This document shows positions 1-13,400 of a DNA stretch of 64,000 nucleotides, in pieces; positions within the stretch are counted from its first letter, which is position 1; every line of letters starts with the position of its first letter. The notes below the pieces were generated by a model, which ran no database searches, was not told where the DNA came from, and saw only the letters and a list, made by a program, of their open reading frames with translations. Source of the stretch: Tubiluchus corallicola. Taxonomy: Eukaryota > Animalia > Priapulida. A program made the translations under genes and the position numbers. Location of the stretch: positions 124,001 to 188,000 of the forward strand of contig JAQGDQ010000336.1 of assembly GCA_030141605.1 (NCBI GenBank), read 5' to 3'.

Positions 1-411
1 AATAGTGGAGATGAAGAATCACATGTGATTAAAGTCAGAGGTGGTATGTCTCTTTAGGGAAGGTGTGTTACGTTAATAGATTCGTTTAAAGGTGTAATAA
101 ATTTGCAAGTTTTGGAGATGCCTAATATTTTTTGTTACGTTTTTCTTATTTACGATTGATTGCAGTAACATCACATCAGGTACACAATAATGCAGAGATT
201 CAATTCAAACTGTTGTTCCAGTAGCTAAGACCATATAAAATAGAAATGCTAAAATGAAATAAAATACAATGCTATACAAAATCACAATATATATAAATAA
301 ATAAATAAAATAAATAAATTCGATGGATGTGTTATATCAAAAACACTTGAATTCAACACTACCCTTTGCTCGCTGATTTATAATCTTTTGGTTTTTGAAC
401 TAAGTATGCAA

Positions 412-414
<3 letters not shown>

Positions 415-447
<33 letters not shown>
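415..447. repeat. (TA)n microsatellite
   Basis: Near-perfect TA run read directly from the sequence. Confidence 0.9.
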
Positions 448-450
<3 letters not shown>

Positions 451-1035
451 TGTAAGTGTTTCTGATATTAATCATCCATTGAATTTATTTATCACTAGTT
501 TTCTTTTCGCTAGTATTCGCTAGTACTCGAAATTCAAGTTGTTAGCTATGGTATCTCACATGGTCATAACGTTTCTTCGTCACAACCTGCATGTCTGCCT
601 CTTATTCTGTCAATCTTCCACCTTGTCTAACAGATTGAAATATTGAACAAATCATTTAAAAGCCTGAAGCCATTATAGACCTTTATCATCTTCAAGTTGC
701 AAAATGATGAAAAATCATAATACGAAAATAAACGAACACGTTTGAAGGATTGTTGTACTTTAGGCAACTAGTTTGACAATCCTTGATCTATTAGGTTTTA
801 AGTGTGGCTTTTGAGTTACGCCTCGAATTAGTATGCATGCAGGGAAATTTGGATCTTCCTCTTGTGTGAAATTTCTCTAGAATGGTATTTTGCTTCTGAA
901 TAATGCACGTGTACCAACGATCAAGCTGCACCATAAAGATAGAAGCTAGCGCTTCATTTGCAGCTTGAACACCACTAACATTATGCAAAAAAAAACAAGA
1001 GACTTGTAAGAGTTTAGATAGGTTGTGCAACTTAC

Positions 1036-1103
1036 CTAGAAGCTGTCATTACTAGTAAAGTTAATAATAGGAATGCTGCAGGCAACCATTGTCTAGCATC
1101 CAT
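1036..1103 (-). CDS. Probable first coding exon (signal peptide) of a minus-strand gene continuing out of the window
   Basis: ATG at 1103 gives MDARQWLPAAFLLLTLLVMTAS, followed immediately by the consensus donor AG|GTAAGT (1035-1030). A GC box GGGCGGGCGGG lies at about 1409-1420. I found no in-frame second exon in 1-1030. Confidence 0.45.
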
Positions 1104-2750
1104 TATGAAGACGTAATAACAAATCCACTACATCAAATCAACACAGAGATTCAATCGCTAGTTATTACAGCTCTTGCGTCCACAATTTTTTACACTCTAT
1201 CCACAGATGAGATTAAGGTCTTTCGCAATAGCTATTAGAAATCTATAGTCGATTAAATAATTGTACTTTCACAAACTTCGAGTTTGGAGCAGTCTTCAAC
1301 AAACGTCTGTAACCGGTTTCACTGAACAATAATTAACACGTTGTGACCGTTGCGTCTTTGGCTACAAATGAAACCATGCTCTCTTGCATTCGCATTGTGC
1401 TTGCATGAAGGGCGGGCGGGATTCACGCAATATTAACACTTGCAGGCTGCGCACGATTTTATATAAGTTTTACCATCGTAAACGAAGTAATCAACGTTGT
1501 CTGTCTCTGTGTATAGCTATAACACGCGTTTTACTGCTATAGTTTATAACATTTGCCAGTAAGCTTGTCCGGACGCTTGCCAAGTCTCACCGAAATTTAT
1601 TTCTAACTAATGTTTGCTTTGTTGCACGCAGGGTTGCAGCACTGAGCTCTAAATATAAACGGCTTGCTACATGCTTTGTGGCTTTCGTTGTTGAATCTTA
1701 CAAAAAGACTTTCCGGGCGATTATTGTCATAATCTAACTTTCCATATCCACAACTTTTCATAATTAATTATAAAAAAACTTACAGTCAAGTTCAAAATTT
1801 CAACGTCATTTTACAAGACCATCGTTTCATGTCCATTTGACCTAATCCACGATCTTTGTTTATTTTCTCTCTCCCAGAATACCAATTGTCTGTCTGTGAA
1901 GTGAAACCTCGGTTTCCTCGTTGTTTAACCCGCTGTGTCTCCACTAAACTGGTCAATTGGTTTCTTAACCAGTTATCTCAGTTTCGAGCCACTAATACTT
2001 TAGCCTTTAAGTCCAGAAGTTACTCAATCAAACATAAATCATTTTGACTAATACAAAAAGGGTAGTATGCTAGGCAACTAAGCCCAAAGTAGGCATGTAA
2101 TGTGACGAATGATCAATAATAAAGATACACTTAACGAGCTAAGTCACCAAAGGATAGAGGTAACAACGATTACTGCTAGTATGTAATAGTTTTGAGTTAC
2201 ACTAGTTTCAATATACCTCCTGGTAAAATCATCCTAGGTTCAATATACGATATACCACAAGGATAATTTAAACCTAGGTTTAAATCACCTCTACCATGTT
2301 CAAATTACCCCAATTTTTGTCCATGACCGCGGTGTACTGTATATAAAAAAGTGTGCGCCACAACTGCACGTGGCGTACTAAAAGTACACAAGCGGTAAAA
2401 AGCCTCAAATTGCCAATGCATTTTAGAATGAGGGGTAACGTGGTACTCTTTTGTGTGCTCTGTGTTGCCTCAGAACAAGTACACAAAATTTCGTCCTTTA
2501 CTTCTGTTCAGCTGAAAATATCTGTAATTCATCGTTCTTTGTAAGAGCCTCTTGTTAACATTTTATTTAAAAATTCCGTATTCTCATAATCAATGACATT
2601 AATAAGTCTAAAATGCATGTTTTGTACAGATTTCTTAAATAATTTTATTGCCTTGTTTCTAAAAGGATGACTAAAGTATTGAATGTTTTAATCCGATATA
2701 ATGGTAGTATCGAATAAAATAAATAGTATTCCATTAAGTAATACTAGTAA

Positions 2751-2992
2751 TAGTCCAAGAACCCGTGACGAAATACTATCCTCATCAGGAACATGATTTT
2801 GGATCAAGTGTGATTGTGACATTACCCAAATGACTATTCGTTTGTCATGGAAGCGGGGTTTTTAGGGTGTGCGTCATAAAATAGGTACCCCAAAAGGCCT
2901 ATAACCTCCTCATTACGAACGTGATTCGTTATGCAGAGGTCCAAAATCATATTCTTGATAAGGAAGTTGTTTCGTCACGGGTTCTTGGACTA
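2751..2992. mobile_element. Non-autonomous DNA transposon (MITE) with ~53-bp TIRs, TAG...CTA ends and a 3-bp TAA TSD (Academ- or Harbinger-like)
   Basis: TAGTCCAAGAACCCGTGACGAAA at 2751 has its reverse complement TTTCGTCACGGGTTCTTGGACTA ending at 2992. TAA lies at 2748-2750 and 2993-2995. Confidence 0.8.
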
Positions 2993-5900
2993 TAAATATA
3001 ATAAATAATAAAATAATAATGCTGTAAAGACCCCAGAATGTACTACATTTTATACCTAAAAGCTTTTTAAGCTTTTAGAGCTGTAATACACTATTTAGTA
3101 TTCATTAAAGGTGATTTTAATTTAGTGTACATATAAATATTTGTATGTGATATGTTTTTAGTTACCATTTGGGTCACTCCAATTTTTTTTGTTCGCATGA
3201 ACTTCATAACTTATATTCAGTTTCGCGAAGTTGTGATAAAACTCAATCATACTCTACTTCTGTAACACTCGAGAAATGAGTTTTAATTGCACCGAGTTTA
3301 CCTTTCAGGAAACTGTTATTACCTAGAACTAAAAAAATAATTCAACGGCATTAAAACTGGGCTTGCATTACTCGAAGATCGTATATTGAATGGGGGGAGG
3401 GAGCATATTTCAATTGGGACAACGATACGCATAGCGAAATGTCATGTCATGTTCTGTTGTGTTGTTTTGCAAATGTACTTGTCCAAAGTTCTTATATACA
3501 TGCACGTGAATGAATCATGTACAATTTGACGTTTCTGGGTGTTGAGATGACACCATCATGACGGACGCTGAGGTTATGCTGGTCGGTATCAGGTGCTGAG
3601 TTTACACTCAGCGAATGAGGAGGCGTGAGCAATTTTAAATATTGCCATCAAGTAGTTTATGATTATGATCAAGTAGTTTTTGTACAGTGTTTTATCTAAA
3701 TACACAAAAATACAATATACATCCCAGATTCCTTTGTGTTCTTTCGTTACAACTAATAAGAAGCAACTTTAAAGGACCGTCGTGCGTGGGATAAACCTGA
3801 TAGAAATGTATGCGGATGCAAAAGTTTATACAAAGTTTGGTAAACTTTCTTGGTTTTTCCATTAAGTAAAGCCCACGCCTTACGTTGAGCTTCGTTCACG
3901 TTGTAGCGATGTAGGCCTATATGTAATTATGTGAAGAATACACGTTTTACCATACAAGTGAAATTATACTCACAGCAAAAGTACACATATGGGGGGACAA
4001 AAATCCACGCTTCAATCGTGTTATCATGTATAGGCATGTAGATGGTAAAAGTCACTAATTATCTATACTGAAGCTATGTAAAGTTAACAAAATTGTTCAC
4101 GTTTCATTCATGCTATTAAAAGTTCTTTTAAGCTACTAATTTACGTTAAATTGAGACTTATGGGGCAATTTATATTGTTTGCGGGATATGACAAAAATAT
4201 AGCTTTGTAATTATAATTATTCAAACGTGTCACATTCTACGCCGGTGATCGATAACTTTTCTGAATTAGTTATTCTTGACCGTAGCTCAGCTGCACGTAA
4301 TTACTCGTAATTAGAAAACTAATTACATAATCTAGAAAAGGTTTAAAAGAGTAATATTAGAAAAATGAAATCATGTGAACTGAAGCGAAACTAAAGCAAA
4401 ACCGAATAAAAAAACTAGTGGATAGATCTTATGTATTAATATATACATATATCCAAACCAAAATAACCCGAAAATGTATTCATTTATGATAGTGATTTAT
4501 GATGGGCCGTGACATTTGAATATTTTTTTCAATACATTTCGCGCTACTGTACAGCTAAATTTGTTATCGATTTTGATTAGCAATACAAAGATTATTTGTC
4601 GATAAAATAGTTGCATTATTTACACCCAAAGGGCAAATATAATGTTTTGCATGTTTTGCGTGTGTTGTTGATTCATTGCTCCTGCACATACAGAATGCAT
4701 AATGCATGCAAAACATCAATCATCTAATAGGCGGGTGTTTATAAATTCATGGTGTATAGTAAACTCACAACAGCAAAGTCTGAACAGGATAACATGAAGA
4801 TTAAATTGATTAGGGTCTTGTCAGTATTAATTACGTTAGACGCCAAACAAAATAATTAAATTCCTAGGCAATGTAAATTACTATAAGATATATATGTAGT
4901 GATAATTACTTAATTGGATCTAATAAGGACTTTTAATTTCCACTCCATATAGCACTTGTTTTAATCAAATACATTGCTTCACTTTGGAGGGAACTGGTTG
5001 AATTGGAGACCGTCCTATTTGCTAATAATCTTAGCATTTTTGCGTCATTATCAGGCTAAGCTTGCGAAAGCGATATGATTATGAAGTTAATTTCATTTTC
5101 GTTGTCATGAAGTTTTACTTGATAATTGTGACCCTATGGCTACAAAACTATGGACTTACTTGAGCTTTTAACAGTGATTCCCAATTTTTGTCATATTTTC
5201 TTGTAACAGCAGGGCATCATTATAATGAACCATTTGCGACACGACCTAACTACTGCAAAATACTGTCTACAATTATTGTACATAAACTGCTGATCTTGTA
5301 CAATATACATTACTAAAAACGTAATAACTGAAACTACACATAAAGGACAGTTCTAAATTCAGAAATCTAATTAAATGGGACGCGAAATTAATTAGCTGCC
5401 AAATTGCAGTTGCGGGTGTATTTGCCGTTACATCGTCTGTTATAGCTTCGCAATCTGTATTGAGTTCATTAAAAATAATAGGTATGTTGCAGCGCCATAG
5501 ATGGCACCACGTGCAAGTTTTGTACAAGCAAATTTACGTACAAAAATGATAATAAGGACTATGAAGACGAATTTGATTTGCTTAAAGCATGCTTAGCCTG
5601 GATTGTTAACTCAGATTACATATATAACTCAGATTCTATAATTTTTTATTAACAACATTAATTCTTATTACTTTAAAATTTCGAAAAACATTTTTCGTAA
5701 TAGATTAACGGAAAGTGATTCCCTTCGCAAAAAGTGACGCCTTCTGGGCAGCCTCTTGGCTAGTTTCTCGTTAATGAAATGCGCATCTGGCGAGTCAAAG
5801 ACATCCTGAAAATCCCTGTAGAAAACTGCTTTTGGCAGTCAGCTAGATTCCTGCACAGGTGCAAAATTAATGCACGTTAACTAGGTAAACTTCTAAATAG

Positions 5901-8469
5901 TTTCATAAAGTAAAGTGATATCAATATGACAAACTCATATTTATTTTGGTTGTTTCATTGTTATAATGATGGTTATAAAAATCTGTTTTTTCGTTACGGC
6001 TGTGTTGAAGTACGTGCTAGTTTGGTTTGCAATAAATAGTAAAATAGAGGTATTTCTTAAAAAAATTTACTGACAAACAAAAGATGTCTATTCTAGTTTA
6101 TTTAAGAAATTTGAAGTAAGTTTACTTCAAGCTGTGTAAATGTCGCTAAAAAATATCACGAGTAAAAAATATTTAAGGCGGATGCGAAAGAGTTAGAGTG
6201 TGGCTCCCACAATTTCGTTAGCTTAGGGATCTCAAAAAATCGTAATCAGGCCTTGCCAACAAGTGTGTAACAACAGTTCTTGTTACGGTTGTACGTAAAG
6301 ATAACTGACAATGTCAACTTAGCGGCATCTATAGTTGTACATAACGTCTTTCTAGATAGTCTTAAATAGGAAACTGATTTGTGGGTGCTAAGTTCATAAG
6401 CACCGAGTCTCGGGATGCAAGCGCCAAGTTTGGTTAAACTGAGCCAAAATATGTCCACACAGTGTTTCAGTGCGTTAATGATGTTAATACGTTGTTCAAT
6501 AAAGTCGCCACACTTTTATGCTGTTTTCTTAATTTTTGTAGTTGCTTAATAACGAGCATAAATCGTTTCAATTCACTTTCACTGACCACTGCAACGTTTA
6601 CACCACTCACAATCCAGCAACAAACTCACGTTACACATACCCGTTGAAGTGACAGTTGTGGCGATGGCTTTTATACTGAATTTTAAGATCCTGACATCCT
6701 TACGAATTTCTTGCCACAATCAAATGACTTTGCTTAACAACAGTACCTATTTAGAGAAGTTCTATTGTTGTAGTTCAGGATTTACAGTTGTCCTGAAATC
6801 GCAATGTAAAAAAACTAAAAGAATGGTTTCCTGCATCACCAAGAATCTTTACTTCGATGTGCTGCACCATTAAAAATTATTACTGATAAATAATAGAGTT
6901 TTTAACGAACTATCATGTAATTTACTTTAGCTGTTTATAGAGTAAAAATTACAAATAAACTTTTCTATTCTGTCTTAGATTTGGAGCATTTTAGAAATTA
7001 CTATTATTACTATTACGGTATTACTATTTTAGAAATTGTCTGCAGATCGTTGCTTTCGCTGAATAAACCGTCCACACGATCCTTCAAAACATTGTCATTC
7101 TCGAGTTTGTCAATGTTGAAGACCGTGTGGACGAGGCGTAAATTGGTCTAAGAAGCAAGTACAAGTCACAAGGGGCTCACTTGTCGTCAGCTGTAGTGTT
7201 TGGTAGATTCATGTAAAATATTTATTAAATTTATATACATAATTTTATAAAAACTTTGTTTGCACTTGCAATATCGTTTTTAAAAAGTCAATGTTTTAAA
7301 TGTTTATGTCAATGTTTATTATGGAGTCTCCCTACATGCACGATTTTCCATTTAATAATTAATGAATCTACTTCAGACATAACTATGTTGCCACACCTGG
7401 TTTATGAATAACTAACTTACATTGAGCGAGAGAAATTACTGCCTATTACAGCGAGCAAAAACCTATAATTATGCACCATAGATTATAATTCAGCCTGTCA
7501 TGAACGGCGAGGACTTTATAGCTGTAGCTTTTGTGTAGCTTGCGATGCACATCACGACTTGATGGAATTTTAGGTACTGAGGAAAATTTTGATTCTTGAA
7601 CCTTTGCAAGAGATGGAGAAAAAACGAAAGAATGAGCTCTCATTAAACAAATAATACTGTTGAGCCGGTTGCTCTGTACACATGTTATAGTTATATAGGT
7701 GCACTTATATACGTGTGTTACAAGCCCAATTATCAATTTGATTTTTAAATATGGCAGTTTGTAATACAGAAACTTAATTCCTGATTTTTTCGCAAGGCCT
7801 GATCATACAGGCTGGATTCGGGCCGAAATTTACACTTACCTAGATGATAAAAATGGGCAAAATCGGTAACTGCTGCTCGTCAAAACTTAGCGAAAACCAG
7901 TTCAGTTTTGTTATTATCTACATTGATATCGTTTGCATATGTCAAACTTAATAAATAATTATTTAAATCTGTTTTAATGAATGTTAACTGGTGGGAATGC
8001 AATATATCTAAGCCAGAGAGGATTATACTCCAAAAATAACTGCAATTCATAGCGACTTTGATAGCATGAAAATGAGGCGATGGTATTTTAATCCAGCTAT
8101 ACAGAATACAATTTCATCTGTGACGAGGTTTCTGTGATTTACCTTGGCATGAATTTGTTTTATCGACACGTTTTGAGAGTAATCAGACCTTAATGGAACG
8201 ATAAACTTAACTGAAGAATAAAATGGAGTGACTGAAATGTAAAGGTTTACGTGTGATTATATCGCTCAAGCCAAACTTTGCTATTCGTATGTTTATTAAA
8301 CAGGTATTCAGCAATCTGTTTCTTTGAAAACGATTCAGTGTAAGAAAAATCATGACAAACCTAATTGAATTGTATATGTTAACGAAGTGTTGTTTAAATA
8401 TAATCATTATGGAGACGTCATTGTGGTAAGTGTAATGCATACTGACGTACGTGGGATAGTTACTCCGTG

Positions 8470-8557
8470 ATATGATGATGCTGATGATGATGACAATGAT
8501 GATGATGACGATTGATGATGATGGTGACAACAATAATGATGATGATGATGGTGATGA
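8470..8557. repeat. Imperfect (GAT)n microsatellite
   Basis: GATGATGAT tracts; these explain the spurious ORF 8207-8584. Confidence 0.85.
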
Positions 8558-10229
8558 ACTTAACTTACGATGAGAAGGAAGCATGTTGTATTTCTCAAAA
8601 GTTGTTGAAAAATGTAGGTTCCTAAATTGAAATTGTTGTTGATGATGATAGGTCTTTATTAGCCTCTTTTTGCACGCTAATAAATTGAAAGAAAATTGGC
8701 TTAATCAAAATTATGCAAATTATGCGACTAACTGTAAAAATATGTCTTTTGTATGTAATGTAATTTAAATATGTGAGATAAGTTTTCTGTTATTTTTTTA
8801 TTTTGTTTAGTTTTTAATAATTGAAATATTCACATAAACCAGTAAATCAATAAAAACAGACCCCATGGTTTATCAGATACGAAAACAATTTTTATGTTAA
8901 TATGCAGAAGAAATCATTTCATTAAATTTTAATATTTGTTTTGGTACACAAGAATGGTGTAGCGGGCTTCCTAAAATTAAATGGGTAAATGAATGTATTA
9001 TCTTGCAGGAGATATGCATAGTTTTTAAATGTAGTTTTAGAGCTTGTCCAGAAACTTTGGAAATTGAACCGATTAACTTTAATCGCAGTTAATTAATTCT
9101 ACCAAACTTACCCAAGAAATTATTTTACATAAAAAGACAGGATTGGTTTAAAGGGCAAATTAGAATTAGGCATAAAACTGGTGTAGGTCACCAAAGGTCG
9201 CATTTTCCCGAAGTACTCGTATGTATATATACCTAAAGCCTAAAGGATACTCATAAGCGTACGTTGTATTTATGTACATTAAATTTACATGAATACATCT
9301 GGAGCTTGGGCAAATACGCTCAATAAATGGGTAGTGACCTCTGACTAAGCAAGCACAGCTAGGGTATATGAGAGGGAGGTATCCCTAGGTAACAACTGGT
9401 TTATAGTGTTCAGTGAACCCGTCAGAATGATGGGTCTATAATATCTACACTAGAATAGCGTCAATACGAGTATGCTTTATTTCTCCAGCTGTTTTAATGC
9501 AATCAGGCACTGGAGCGGTGCGTGTAAAAACATATTTTAATCACGCTCACTGTACAAGTTGACAATGGGAAGGCATGGACTGGAATACCGAAAACAGCTT
9601 GATGAAGCGAACCATGATTTGATCAATTTCACCCAAACATCCGGCGGGATTTCTGGGATCAGTTTGGACGCAGATAATTATGACGACATTTGGGCCGGCA
9701 GTTTTATTAATTTCAAATTGAAATAAGTTGCCAAATCATTGAGCGACTTTACAGCAAGTTGTATTTTAAGCAGGCGCACCACATTAAATCGTCATTTGGG
9801 TTAGTGACTCATTAGTTCATACATACTGATTACAAAAGATGGCTGACTAAGTTTCTAGTGATTTTGCCGTTAATAGGTAATTTTTAACCAGACGAAGAGA
9901 TAAATTAGTCGGAATGCGAAGCATTGTGTTATTCGCTTATTGAGTTTTTCTGCCCATCTGCCAGGTTATGTCGTTTTCAGCTCCACTTATTGTTGTTATT
10001 TAAGCTTGCTTTTTACAAAAAATAGTTCCTTGTTGTTTTGTCTTGTCGACTATTCTTCATGCGTTTGAAACCTTGACATTAAAGAAGTTTTGAGGATGGC
10101 TGACGAAAACAGATCTTTAATTTTTGTTTTTAAACAACGCAAAGTTCAATATTTTGGCTACCAAGTTCGTACCAATGGGATACAATCATTGTTGTTGTAA
10201 AGTACCATCGATGGTAAGCTTAAGGGAGG

Positions 10230-10400
10230 AAGAAAATGGTTTATAGATGTAATGGGTTACATGGAAACGACGTATCCTGAATGTGAGAAGTTAGTAGAGA
10301 GGATATGCGACTGGGAAGCCAGACAATCCACTTCATTTGGAGAGGACACCAAAAGAAGAAGATTATTGCCATGGAATCAGTTTTTCTCGTGACAATGCTA
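10230..10400 (+). mobile_element. Possible highly decayed RTE-type LINE 3' fragment
   Basis: Frameshifted translation MGYM...ERICDWEA...RGHQKK loosely resembles the RTE C-terminal pattern GHVxRM...W...RGRPKK. Weak evidence. Confidence 0.25.
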
Positions 10401-13400
10401 GTTAGAACACGATTTAGCGTGGTTCTTGAATTCGTTTATCATAAATATTTAGAATGCAAAATAGCTATTGTGACGCCACAATGGGAGCATTGAACCATAC
10501 ACAACTAGAGCAACGAGAATGGCTTCACTTCTGTTTACATTGCATGATCGCAAGCGATTAAACCAAAAACTGTTTGAGAAAAACAAGAACCGCTCAGTTT
10601 TATTTAGTTATAACTAACCAATGCTTTCACATTCAAATTTAATTTGTGATACTTAATTTAAAAAAAAGTACAACTCAAATGCTAAAACTTTCCACAGAAA
10701 GTAAAGTATGACAAAAAAGCAATGTGATAATGCATTGCATGTATGTGCACATAGTATTATTCTTATAACTGCATCTTCCCCATCTTTGTTTTAGCGACAA
10801 TGATAACTTGAGGCTGTTAATTATCGACCTATCGGACAGATATGTCTGGTCTTTCGAAGTTACACATTCGCCCCTGTATTTTTTATCCTCAAGTTAATGA
10901 CATCTTCCATTCGATTTCACTAGTTTTGTTCAACGGAATTTATGGCAGTTTTTGCCAGCATAGTTTTTTCTCACTTCTGCACTGGCACTTTACAACAAAA
11001 GTCAATTGAACGCACATTAGCGTGTGAATCCTTCGTAGTTGAAATTATTGGTTAATCGAAAGCCGAACTTTTTTGACTCGCATAAGTGGTTCACAGTTGT
11101 CTTGTGTGTCCGTTTCAGCTATTCTGTGGACTTAGGCTACAGCTTTGCTGCAGGCAAAAATAATAACTGAGTCATTGAATCATTAATTTCTCAATCACAA
11201 ACGTAGACTAGACTTCAGTTATTGTTCCCCCTCTTTTCTATTTCGGTATTTGAAGTTTTGCTGTAGAGAAAAATTCACGCAATTTTGTTGCTTGGATAAG
11301 TATTTTTTTATTTGGTATAAGGTTTACGAAAACACTTTTTTAGGAAAGTAAAAATCTCGTTTTGTATCCAAAGTTGTGACGTTAAGACCATTGCATATTA
11401 GATATGTACAACTACTGGAAATAATAATTTCACCAACAATAAAATAAAAGCTAACATTCAACAGGAAATACCATGTTGAATTTATATATCAGTAAAGTTG
11501 TTTTTGAACTACTGATAAAGAGCCTCAAGTAAATGTACCAGTCAAAGTTTTTGAGATGTTTTAAGATCAAATTAAACTTGACTTTAATTACTAAAAAAAT
11601 ACAAAGACAAGTAACGAACATAGTTAATAACTTAGCTTTATAGAAGCCTTTTTAACTGCATGCATTTACTCAATATTGATAAGGTTCTGACAAAACTTGT
11701 ATTATTGGTTTAACGCCAGGCGGGTTTAACGTTGCATGCCTCCTGAGCAAATTGTCCCATATCACGTCAGGTTCTGCAGCATGTTATTAGGTCTAAAGAT
11801 TAAACAGTGTGAACAGAACATGACCAGAATCTCTTAATGCTGATAAAATACTAAATTACACCTGCCTCGCTAAGTCAATCATCTTACCTGTTGATGAAGC
11901 GTCGCACAGGCGCATGCGCTGTAGAAAGCAAACTTGAACCTGTGTTTGAAGTGAGCGACCAGTGAATGATGCAGTGCATTGTAACGTGCGAAGGATAATA
12001 GCACCACATAAGGTGAAAATGAGTGGCTCAAGTAAGTGAGAAAAATAACAGATCGTTTGTTCATGCGCATGTTTTACGTGGATTTTACCTAAGACTTAAA
12101 GAAGGATAATTTTTGTCCACGTGGCTGACTTTGTGTAAAAATTGTGCAGAAAAATTCTGAGCTGTATTGGTTTGTATAAGATAATTTGTTTGCTAACTTA
12201 TTCTGCTCAAAATTTTCGTTCGTAGAATTGGCACCATAAAATATAGTCACTGTATTATATGCTTTATTTATTTGAAATCTCTTAACCCTCAGAAAAGGGG
12301 TGGATTTTATAAGTTGCACCAAACGGGCTCGCGTGGTAGATAAAATCCCAAAAGCCGCATATTCATTTCTAGCCTGTGGCTTTGGGCGAGGTCGTTCTGC
12401 TGTTGTGTAAAAATTAGCCCTGTTTGCACGAAACACATGCAATGTATCATGCAACACCAAAATATCACGCATTGCTCAAGTGCCCGTGAAATTTTTATTA
12501 AAATAATTTAATTCTAATGCGAAAATGATGAAGATATTAAAGTAAGTAGTTATAGTTGACATGCATTAGTTAGTCAGCGCATTATTCTTGCAAGCAGGCT
12601 TCTGTCATTTCATAAAGGAGTTCGTAAATGACATCTGATTTTGAGTAGGTGTACCTGAAATATGTTTACTTGTTTATCAATAAAATATAAAAAGCGGGAC
12701 CACCTATGTTTGGCTGAAATAAATTGCTATTGTACCATACCCATTACATAATAAAAATTTTTATTGAACTTCCTTTAGTAAATTATCCTCTTAGTTCATG
12801 GCTGATTCCAAAATATTCGAACCACAGAGGCCCTGTAAATAAAAAAAATCAATACTCGTAATTAATACGTTTATGTGATATGATACATACATACACCCAC
12901 GCGCGCTTGCACTCATCTTTACGAGTAGTTTAAATTACTTTGCTTGCATTTCCATTTCTGGTAAAAAGGGTAAATGAATTTGTTAGAGAAAAACTTCTAA
13001 ATGCATTGTTTTCAGTCATCACTGCATGTCTTAAGCAGCATGATTCTAATCAAAGCTTGTTAGTGCCTAAAATTTAAATGCCCCCTGCTTTCCTGATTGA
13101 CAAGGTTTAGATAAGAAAATAAGATAAGAGTAAATCGTCGTTTTGTTGAAAAGACCCGATTCATTGCGATAAATATGTATTTAAACAGTGTCTAATTACT
13201 TCCGCTTCACATCTTTTGAAGAACTGGTAATTTATGAGTAGTTTAAATTTTTAATGGTTTATGTAGTGCAGAAACTATGCATGATTTTGTCTGGTAAATT
13301 TTTAGTGTAGAGACTAAATGTATAGTGTACAGACCTGGTTTAAATTTATCGTATGAGCTAAATCACACATCGATTTTTCTTACATTTCTGTGAGATTACT

